64,000 bases of DNA from the NCBI RefSeq assembly GCF_037042905.1, contig NC_087246.1:22940001-23004000 (forward strand), in the 5' to 3' direction. This DNA comes from Lytechinus pictus (lineage: Eukaryota). The stretch's first letter is position 1, and every line of letters begins with the position of its first letter. The notes below the pieces were generated by a model, which did no database searches, was not told the origin of the DNA, and saw only the letters and a program-made list of their open reading frames with translations. Positions 39,601 to 51,600 of this stretch are shown here, in pieces. The position numbers were made by a program, and so were the translations under genes.

Positions 39601-42600
39601 TATCATCACATTCAGCACTCTATTCATTGCAAACCTTCTTAAAATTATTCTCCTCAATTCAAACATGAATAAGATCTTAAGATTACAAGAAATATACACT
39701 GCCCAACTTTGGCAAAAGGAAGCAAGTGACACATCAGTCAAATTTGAGTTATTGCGGTTTCTGAAAGTGAAACACCCTGTATGTTGCATGTTCAGGCAAA
39801 ATGTGGGGAAGAAATGATCGTTCTATGGAAAGATATTGAAGAAAATATGCTATTAGATTGCATTGACGTCTATGTAAATGACAAACACACAATGCTCATT
39901 TACAACAAATGGTACATTTGTAACTTGCTTCCTTTTGCCAAAGCACGGCAGTACAGTGTTAACAAATAATCTGAGACTTTTAGCATCCCATAATTTCTGC
40001 GCAGACTTAGACTATGGTCTAAGTTAAATTGGAGTTCAGATTATGGGCCATTATGCCTGGTTATTAATCTTTGATTATTCACTATCTGCAGGAAGCTGTG
40101 TGCTTTTAATGCTCCTTTTTAATACCAGTTAGGCAATGCCATAAAACTGTATATCTGACCCCCTACATTGGGAATGTTCCTGAAATGATTTTACTCTGTT
40201 GCTCTAAATTTTTCATGGATCGAGCAGTCGTTGAATTGAAGTAAGAATGAAAAAAAAATGGACTGTTGGATGTACAAAAAGGTTTCTTGCATTGCTATCT
40301 CCTCAACCATTGGTCACCTTGAATAACTGGTCCTTCGTGAACACAGTTAGTGATTCAGAAAGCCAGGGTAAAACCCTTAGATAGTTATTCTAATGATGCA
40401 TGATTTAATTCAGAATTGTGACATTGAATTTATGAGAATATCTCAAAAAAAGTATGCTAAGGATGTTAATATATTTGAAGAATGTTGAGAACAACATCAT
40501 GCAAACTTCTGTTATCAGCTTTATTTAATGAATGGCAAAGGTGACGTATGGCATTTTCATTGCATCACTCAGATTATCTTATCTTATTTTATAGCCACTT
40601 GATTTCACATGAAGAGGAGTTTATTGAACTTACATACACCGTGTAAGTAAAAAAAAAATTGACACCTCACCAATCCTCAATTTAAGGAAAATTTGTCATG
40701 AACACATAATTTTTGTATATGGCCCGAAAGAGTATTTTCTCCCAAATTGAAACTACATTTATGTGGTATGTATTAATGCTTAGACGATCAGGAAGTATTT
40801 TTTTGCAGTGATTTGAATTTTGATTTGCGCCAAAAGGCTTGACGACAATGAATGAATCTAGATGTCAATGATGCCATAATCTTACAAGGGTTGCATTTAA
40901 ATCCATTTCAACACATCTTTTTAGGAATTGACATTATCATTGTATTAAAAACACTTTTAGTATCAATTCTCAAGTGAATTTCATTGAAAAGGGATTTGCA
41001 AATATGTTTACTAACTCATGAAGGATTATGACATCATTGGCATCTGGGGTTTATCCATTGCAGTCATGCCTTACTTTGGTGCAAATCAAAATTTATATCA
41101 CTGCAAAAATACCTACTGATTATCCAAACGTGAAGACATGCCACATAAATGTGGTATCAAATTATTTGGGAGAAAATACTCTTTCCACACCTATATATAG
41201 ATTATGTGTTCATGACATATTTTTCCTTTAATTGGGGATTTGTGAGATGTCAATTTTGTTTTTACTCACACGGTACATGTACATGTTTGTCAAAGTCAGT
41301 TTGTTATCATTGAAATAACCTGGAAGAGATGAATTAAATGGTAGTCAATGTTCTGAATCCATTTGACCTTGATTTCTTGTTGCTTTGTCTGCCAAGCCTC
41401 TAACAAGGTTTCATTTTGTCATGAACATCCCCTTGTTGGTGTTCATTGCATTTAGGTCTACATCAGAATATGATAAACTTCTCAGCATGTGAAAAGTATT
41501 AAGGGGATAAAATAATAGTGGTATTTGGGAATAATCCTGTATCATATTGCTCCGCATGCCCCCCCCCGAAAAAAAGACATGTCTTGAATTGTGTGATGTG
41601 TTTTCCGTGGGTTCTGGTGAATTTAGTGTTTTTTTTGTCATAGAGGTATACAATATAAACTCAGCATTAGGCTCAGATACCTCTATGCTTACAGGTTTAT
41701 GCGAGCAAGAGGAATTCCTACATGTATTGTGTTTACGTGTGTGCTACTATTTCAGTAGTCAATACTCAAGAGAGTTAGTGTTTGTTTCTTTCATATATTT
41801 CAGCCATTTCTGGAGTGAGTGTGCTCAAATAAATGATGAATATATATATGCTCTTATTTAGTCATTCAAGATCGTATGATGAACTCAGTTTCATTCCAGG
41901 TGACAAAGTAGTTTTAATAAAGTGCCATCTCTCCCAGTACTAACCTTCTTCAATATTATTTCTTCTTTCATCACTTCATCACAAACACATACGGTATCTC
42001 TATTTTCTGTTTCATTATTTTAGGTATTGAAAGTGTGACTGTTTCTCTGATAGCTCAAAAGGCAGAGGTGAAGTACCAGGTTGCCATGGTAACCCCTCCA
42101 GAGATCGCAGTGATGATAGAAGATATGGGATTCGATGCGGAGGTGAAAGAGGAACAGAAGGCTGATGGGGAAGAAACACTGACTCTAATTGTAAGTTTAG
42201 AATCTTATCTCTTCTATCCCTCCACCCTCACATAAGGTGGTTTCTGGATGCATTTTGATTTTCGGTCATCCGTCCGACCATCCCGTTGTCATTCCCATTA
42301 TAGTTCTTGTGAAAACTTAAGAACTGTTTGATGGCTAAACTTTAAACTTGATTCAGGTATGCATATGGTAATAATGTCGATGATCAGATTTTTTGGTATC
42401 AGATTCGAAGGTCGAAGGTCATAGAAGACATTATTTACATTGAACTATCCTGATCTTTTGATAACCAAGCAAGTATTTGAGGGATCATCTTCGAACTTGG
42501 CACATGCACTGTATGCATAATAATGATAATAATAGGCATTTATATTGTGCCATTTATCTAGAAATACTCTATTCCGAGGCGCTTTGTTATTATTATACAA

Positions 42601-45600
42601 GGTTCTTGTTTATAAAATTGTATATGGTAGATGTGTATTGATTTGGCAATGGCATGTTGGTGCTCATGCATGATATCTACTGCGACAAAATTCTTTGTGA
42701 TCCCTCTGGACCCCTGTTCCACAAAAGCAGCAAGCAATTGCTAAACCTGAAATGACCAATCAGAGATCAAAGGTCAATGTTGCATACTCATTTTGGTCAA
42801 ATTACTGCCACGGAACTGATGAGGCTATCAGACTTATTACAAATTTCTAATTGATTGCAAATCTCTGTGTTACGGATGATCCCTAGTTGCTGATTAGTCT
42901 TCATATAAACAACGGGCTATGCCTACATGCATGTAGACCCTTTATATTTTGATGTACAGTAAATCTCCTTCGAGAAACAAATTAATATTGCAGATATTTT
43001 TCCTGTTTTATGTTGTTTTTACCTTTCATCAGATCAACGGCATGGAATGTGCTTCCTGTGTAAATAACATTGAGAGTCTGACGAAGGCATTGGACGGGGT
43101 CAAAGATGCGTCTGTTGCCTTGACAACATGTAAAGGTGTCTTTCGCTATGATCCGGCAATCATTGGGCCAAGAACCATCATGGATGCTATAGAGGTACGT
43201 GGGGTTTCTGAAAGCCATTGCAGAAGAAATCTTTGTCATGTGTAGAAAATGTGACCCTTAAAAGTGTCTTATGTCAATCATTGTAGCTCATCTTTCAAAA
43301 TAATTTGTATTCTAATCTTCAAAGCGAGATAGAAAAGGATTTCGATCGTATCAAGTCTCATATCAGGCATTCATCCCTTGAAATGCCACCACACTGTAAA
43401 AGGCTGTGGGGCTACAGCCAGGGTAATAATATCCAAGTCCTTTGGAAGCGCATAAAGACATAATTTTGACATAATGTGATATGCGCTATACAAGAACTGT
43501 GTTATTATTATTATCATTATGAATGTGTGTGTACTTAGGGACTACAGAAATATATTCAGTGTTATCATACTAGGTAGATTCAAACAATGTTAAGATTAAT
43601 TAAAAGTTTTAAACGGATGATTAGCCTATAATAATAATAATAATAATAATAGCGGTATATTTACCCAGGGTAGCCGCTTCAGTTCCGAAAACTGTTCTCC
43701 CAGCGGGCCCTGCTATTATTACCCCGGCTTTAGCTGGGCTGCCTAGGCGCTCAAGCATTCAAGGAATTAATCCTGCCGGGTACCCATTTACCTCACCTGG
43801 GTCGAGTGCAGCACAATGTGGATAAATTTCTTGCCGAAGGAAATTACGCCATGGCTGGGATTCAAACCCACGACCCTCTGTTTCAAAGTCCGATGCCTAT
43901 GATTTTAGCCCAGTGAACATTAGATGCACTCAAATGTTAACAATCTTTAAGTTTAGTCAAAGATTAAAACCACAAGATTTTTTTTGGTTAACACTCTGTA
44001 TTTGATGGTGGGATGGGTGCGGGGGAGGGGGGTTGGTCCCACTCCATAGTTTTGAGTTGTATGGATACGATAATAAAAGATCTCCAAATTTAGTTTCCTG
44101 AATTGCGCTGGACTTATAACTACTGGGGTCATCACGACTCTTCCGGTTCTGTGATTTGTTAAAATCACTTGCTCGAAAAGTAGATTTTACAGACTGGTTA
44201 TTGTGTGCGTAATCATTGCACACATTGTTTAAGCGATCAGTTCTAATTAATGATTAGCTGCTCTATGAACATACCTAATTCTAAATTCTTGGAATAAGTA
44301 AACCAGGGATAAACTGATACATGTTTTTTTTATAATATTTATATTTTTAGGATGCTGGCTTTGATTGTGAGATCAGTACAGAAGAGAATCAGATAAACTT
44401 GGCTAATCAACACATGAAAACCATCAAGAAGTAAGTCCATTAAAATCTCCCTCTTGCAAACTATGGAGACTTGCTATTATTAGCACTTTTTTGTATCCAT
44501 GGTCATATTGTTCTATGGAAAATAAAGAAACCACAAACTACACAGGGTTTTGTGTAGTTAGCAGGTGAACAAAAATGCAGAGCAAATTGCTGATATATGA
44601 AATTATCCTATTCTCCGATGATTGGAGACCCTTTGATTTCTATTCCTAAATCTAAATTCTTGATTGTCAGGGACACTTCCTGACTGATTTTCTTAAGTGC
44701 AGTTAATCTTCGGTCATTGTCTAACTCTGTGCTTAAATAATGTGAAGTTGAAAATGCAAAAAAAAAAATGTTTACATATTACATCATTCCCTGTTTCACT
44801 AAGTTTTTCCCCTTTATAATTGTGATTTATTTTGCTTTTTTACCTGGAGGACATCATTCCTCATTTCACCCATCTTTGCCCTTTGTAATTGATAGTCTTG
44901 TGATTTCTTTTGCTACCTTAGGTGGAGGATATCAATCTTCATTTCACTCATCTCTGCCCTTTAATATTGACAGTCTTGTGTTTCTTTTGTTACCTTAGGT
45001 GGAGGACATCATTCCTTATTTTACTCATCTTTGCCCTTTGTTATTGGTAGTCTTGTAATTCCTTTTGCTACCTTAAGTGGAGGAATTCATCATTTCACTC
45101 TTCTTTTCCCTTTCTTATTGAAAGTCTTGTGATTTCTTTTGCTACCTTAGGTGGAGGACATCATTCCTCATTTCACTCATCTTCGGTGTGCCAGCCATTA
45201 CAACGATGCTCTACTTCATGATCTCAAAGAATCACATCATCGTCATCCCTGGACTCTCCCTGGAGAATCTCATTCTATTCATTTGTGCAACTATGGTCCA
45301 GGTATGAATGTGGGCTACACGTGATTCATATTTTGGTGTGTAATAGTCACCATATGTAAGAGCCAGATATGGATATAAATTGACGGATAGAGGTGGGAGC
45401 ACAAGTGATGCGTCCCCCTCTATTTTCCAAGAATACCTCATTGAACATATACATTTTGAAACTAAGGAAATATGCACCCTTTTATTTTTAAAATTTGCTC
45501 TTTCTGCCCCTTATATTTCAAAATCCTGGATTGCCACTGTGCTATATTTTCCCCAAGTAATAAATATCACACATTGCAGAGATATTTTCACATACCACTT

Positions 45601-48600
45601 TTTTTCTGTTAGATTTAGCAGAATGGAGATTTGGGGATTAAATATTGGTTGGGGATGACATTTAATTGTATAACCCATTCCCTTGGATGCTGGTAAGTTG
45701 GATTGGAGTAATGTCTGTGTTTTATGACATTTCAAGGCAGGTCTCTTGTCTGGAACACAATCTCAACTGTTTATTGTATTGTGATAGGCGATATATTATG
45801 TACCCATTATTGTATATTCTTTATAAGTTGTAATGTTATTGTAATATTGCCTAGCCCTAGTATGAATGAAACATTTTCATTTGATTTGTTTGGCCCATAT
45901 TTACAAAGGTATATGTGACCAGGCACCACCTACAAAAGGTCGCCAGGAATGAAATTTTAGTTACATGTAGATAGCCCTCCTGAAAGAGGAGATTCTAAGC
46001 TTTATAATGATATATAGCTCATTAACAATGATTGATCCTAACCCACTCAAGTAAGAGGAGAATGTTCACTACCATGGAACACTCCTTTTGAGAAAAAGGG
46101 GGATTAAAAATTTACTAGTCTATTGAAGAGCACTTACTCTTCTGCTATTGTGTATTGTCGACTAAAGGAAGATTAAAAGTCAATAGAATTTCAATGGAAG
46201 GAATTATCAGATTGCCTCCAAAGTTCACAAACTAATTAGGTCCCGGGGGGGGGGGGGGGGGGGGGGAGGGCCACTTCTATTGACGAGTGGATACCATGCG
46301 CGACCATGGGGTCTCGAAAATCACCCTAAACACATATTTTCCATATTCTGAAAATGCACCCCTTAAAGGGGAATCCAGCCTTGGCCATAAAATGTTGTGT
46401 TGGGAAGGAGAAAAATAAATTAAACAGAATGGTGGAAGTTTGAAAGAAATCAGACAAGCATTAAGAAAGTTATAGCTGCTTTAAAATTGAGATCACTATA
46501 AATACAATGTAGATTTCAAATTGGCAACTGGGTAAGTAAATTATGACAAGGGGCAAGGACAACTTTCCCATAGGCCATGTACTTTATTATCAGGGATTTG
46601 TGGTTTTCTATTAAGTACCCACCCCCCTGGGGAAGTAATCTAAATATAACCCAGGTAGTATATTGTTTTATGTCCTCATGAAAGAAAAATATAATTTGAA
46701 ATAAAACTTTTGGGAAAAATGACATTTTAGCCAAAATATGTATTGGAGTATATTGAAGAGTAGTCCTTGCCTTACATCACTGACATCCCATATGCGGCCA
46801 ATTTGAAGTCTCCATGGGTATAGTGATTACCAATATTTACAACTTTAAAAAATTCATAACTTTATTGTTGTTTGTCCAATATTGTTCAAACTTTCACCTA
46901 TCAACTTGTCTGATTGTACTTTTCCTTATAAAAACAAGTTTTTATTTGGGTTGGATTCCCCTTTAACAAGTATTGGCATGTGAAACCCTACCCCTAACAA
47001 GTATTGGAAACAAAACGATACTCTTGGCAAGTATTCCCTGAAATGAACCCCTAAACAAGTACAGCGATATTTTATTGTTATGTCACGGGTCCGTCGGTCG
47101 TCGGTTTTACCTTTAGATTACACATTTGGTTTAGTACGGCCCCACCTTCCACAGCTCGCGCAAATCGGACTCTAAACACGTAGTGTTGGGGCAAAAAGAC
47201 ATCCTTTATAAAACATTTTAATTTTGTTTTATCATGCCCGCAAATTTGACCCTAAATACGTAGCTTTTCTAGCGAAATAGATAGCCTTTTTTCATTATTT
47301 TTGTGTTTTTGACACCCTTATCACGTTACGTACGTAACGTGCCCTATCTTGAAAAAGACATCCTTTTTACATGTTTTTTTGGTCGCGCATCAGTTTGAAC
47401 AAGTATCAATATTAGAACTTATCCTGTTTTAAATTTATAGGGGTTCAAAGAGAGATGAATATTCATGAATATTCGTGAAAACAAAACATGATTATACAAT
47501 TAACTCAAAAAGACAAAAATAGGTCTAATAAAAACACTCAAAAATTACACTTCAGTTTGATTGGTATTTTTTTGTAGTAAATATGGATGAGTATACTCTT
47601 TCAGAAAACACCAAAATTTGAAATTTGAAAATTCTAACCAAAATACTCTCAATTGGCTCAAATTGAAATCACACAGTGCAACATATTGTGGTGCTGGGTC
47701 ACATATGGTAATAAATAATACCGGTAGGTAAATTCCAGTTGAAGTAATGATAGGAAAATTGATTCCAAGAGAATCCCCCAAATGCCCACCCAAGTGCATA
47801 TATGGACAAAAATCATGTGGCTTATCCTTAACTGGTAGAATATAAGTAATTACTCAGTTAGTGACAAGGTAAGCATTATATAGCATTTTGCTAGTAGACG
47901 GGTATTGTACAACGCCTACTTAGCTTGTTGTACGCAAGCAAATGGGAGGCTGAATGTCAAACATTCGTACCGTTGCACACCAGACGTACCCTCCAAAATG
48001 TACCGTTGCACGGCTTTAGGAGGTGACATCACAATACAATTTTATTCATTGTGCTCAGTTAAAAAGGTACAATACGCGTATAAGCTTGCTGGCTAAATGC
48101 GCAATGCTGCCCAAGGTCATGTGCGCTTGTGAGATTTTGCTTTGCGCTTTCAATATTTTTGCTCCCTTTTCATAGATTACTACAGGGAAAAACTCTTGTT
48201 TTTTCATATTTTCGCTAAATTCCGAGGTGTTGTACAACACAAATAGCGAATATTATTATTTGTGCAATGGTGCGAGATTTCGCATTTGGTGAAAGAAAAA
48301 GACGCTCTATTCAACTCAGCTAACGCCTCGTTAAATAGAGCATCTTTCTTTCACCTCATGCGAAATCTCGCACCATCGCACTCATGCCTATTCGCTCTTT
48401 GTATATTGTTGCAAGCTATAATCAGTACATAAGCTGGTTATATAATAAGGTTTACTGCTGGTTACATAATAAGGTTTCCTGCTGGTTACATAATAAGGTT
48501 TACTGCTGGTTACATAATAAGGTTTACTGCTGGTTACATAATAAGGTTTACTGCTGGTTACATAATAAGGTTTACTGCTGGTTTATTAATAAGGTTTACT

Positions 48601-51600
48601 GCTGGTTACATAATAAGGTTTACTGCTGGTTATATAATAAGGTTTACTGCTGGTTATATAATAAGGTTTACTGCTGGTTACATAATAAGGTTTACTGCTG
48701 GTTACATAATAAGGTTTACTGCTGGTTACATATTAAGGTTTACTGCTGGTTACATAATAAGGTTTACTGCTGGTTACATAATAAGGTTTACTGCTGGTTA
48801 CTTAATAAGGTTTACTGCTGGTTACATAATAAGGTTTACTGCTGGTTACATAATAAGGTTTACTGCTGGTTATATAATAAGGTTTACTGCTGGTTATATA
48901 ATAAGGTTTACTGCTGGTTACATAATAAGGTTTACTGCTGGTTACATAATAAGGTTTACTGCTGGTTATATAATAAGGTTTAATAGCTTACATAAACTGG
49001 ATCAGAACGTTCTAGATATGAATTAATGATGAGATGGTAAGAATTCACTGAGATTTTAAAGAATGTACATGCATATTCAAATGAATGCTCACTGCAACTA
49101 TTATAGCTACACTGTAATCATGGTTACAAATCAAGACACTGGTCCAACACATCAATGAAGAGCAATGGTTTGATTCAAAATATAGTACTTTTCAGGGGTG
49201 GATCCAGGATTTTCCAAAAGGGGGGGGCACATTTTTCCCGAGGAAAAATTTGACAAGTTTAAAAAAAAAGTTTTCACTCTCAAAAGGGGGGAGGGGGCAC
49301 ACTTCTGTTTTAACAGCATTTTTAAATTTTAATTGTGCCTCTTAAAAATGGTGGGTGGCACAGGCCGGCTTTGCCCCTCCCCCCGGATCTGCCAGTGGTA
49401 CCTTGTCAAAAGTCTGTGCAGCGTATTTTTGCAGGAATCCCGCTGTGAAGGCACTATGCATCTCTTTTCATAGTGTCTTTCCTGCATTCCCCATTGTTTC
49501 ATCTATGATGAAGTGCAAAGATTGGTAATGAAAGGCAGCTTGCGTGATTTCTGCGTGAAAGACATGGCTCCGACTTTCGACAAGGTGCATGTACCTAAGC
49601 AAAAAGTCTTGATTATATTTCTGAAAACCTTCTACTTAGCCTAAATGTGGTGTATTACAAGAAAATTGATTGACATCCAGCCACCCCAAATGCAATTCTT
49701 AATTGTGTTTTCTAATGATGTATCCTGTATATTTTTTTAGTTCCTGGGTGGCCGGTACTTTTATGTGCAAGCGTACAAAGCACTCAAACATCGCACTGCC
49801 AACATGGACGTCCTCATCATGATGGCGACATCGACTGCGTACGTTTACTCCCTCATCGTTGTCCTCGTCGCCATAGGTCGTCAGGAGCAGGGTAGTCCGA
49901 TGACCTTCTTTGACACTCCCCCGATGCTTCTGGTCTTTGTTTCGCTGGGACGGTGGTTGGAACACATTGCTAAGGTGAGCCTCATGTCCAAAAGCCTTCC
50001 TCACACCATGCGATTGGATGTGACCTCTTTTTTAAAGGGGAATCCAGCCTTGGCCATAAAATTTTGTGTTGGGAAGGAGAAAATAAATTAAACAGAATGG
50101 TGAAAGTTTGAAAGAAATCGGACAAGCAATAAGAAAGTTATAGCTGCTTTAAAATTGAGATCACAAATACTATGTAGATTTCAAATTGGCAACTGAGTAA
50201 GTAAATTATGACAAGGGGCAAGGACAACTTTCCCATAGGCCATGTACTTTATTATCAGGAATTTGTGGTTTTCTCCTAAGTACCCATTCCCCTGGGGCAG
50301 TAATCTAAATATAACCCAGGTAGTATATTGTTTTATGTCCTCATGAAAGAAAAATTTAATTTGAAATAAAACTTTTGGGAAAAACGACATTTTAGCCATA
50401 ATATGTATTGGAGTACATGGAAGAGTAGTCCTTGCCTAACATCACTATGACATCCCATATGCGGCCAATTTGAAGTCTCCATGGGTATAGTGATTACCAA
50501 TATTTACAACATTTAAAAATTCATAACTTTCTTGTTGTTTGTCCAATATTGTTCAAACTTTCACCTATCAACTTGTCTGATTTTTCTTTTCCTTATAAAA
50601 ACAAGTTTTTATTTGGGTTGGATTCCCCTTTAAAGAAAATTGTATGCTGCACAATATTTATGAAGTAGATTTCTGCAATTTGATATCCTGAACTACTGTA
50701 TGAGTAGGAATATCAATATTACCCATCTAGTTTGAAGACAGTGGCAAAGAGGTGAAGATATCGCAGTAACGTCACACCAATTTTATTGCTGTTGACTTGT
50801 GACTGGTATCCGATTCGGACCTTTCTCAGACTCAAATGCTCAAATTGAAAGCAATTATGATATTTATATTCAGATGACCTTTCTAGACCTCAGCTGAATT
50901 TGCTTATTTTGAAAGTCCTTTCTTGTACAACACACAGCAATCTCACCCTAAGCCACAGTCCTGTACTTAAATCTCATGCATTGGTGGTTTTTTAACTTGA
51001 TGTCTATGCATTGTATTATTAATAACTTTTCCCATCTATCCACCATGTTTTTAGGCCAAGACGTCCGACGCTCTGTCCAAGCTCATGTCCCTCCAGCCTG
51101 CCGAGGCCATCCTGGTGGAACTGGGTCCAGAGAACCAGGTCCTGAAAGAGCGTCAGATTAGCGTGGAACTGGTCCAGAGGGGTGATGCACTCAAGGTGGT
51201 CCCGGGTTCCAAGATACCTGTTGACGGTGAGGTGGTTGATGGGATATCGTCGGCTGATGAGGCTCTGATTACAGGAGAGTCTATGCCAGTCAGTAAAAAA
51301 CCAGGTAGGTGCAGATCAGACATGGCACTCCAAATAATAAAATTAAAGCCCATCAACAGTAGTGTACTAAGTCAAAGGGTTAAAAAAAAAGGCTTAAAAA
51401 AAGAAAAGTTGGAGATTCACAAGACATTTAGAAGCGGAAATTCCAAAATATTTTAACCAAACAGTGTATCAAAAGTATGCGCAAAATCGTTATTACCCAC
51501 AGTTTCAAAGATAATCTACTCATCTCACAAGAAAGCGATTATGGTGGACATCAGGGGAGTGCTACTTGAAAGGACTTGTCGGATAATGCCACTTTTTTCT

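Noticed and set aside
48433-48981. CRISPR-like array
   Set aside because: Head-to-tail units with no unique spacers, eukaryotic context and no cas genes.
46516-50399. Duplicated 72-aa [16 protein letters not shown]..
   Set aside because: It lies inside two copies of a non-autonomous MITE, starts at a non-ATG or chance codon, and has no transposase features.
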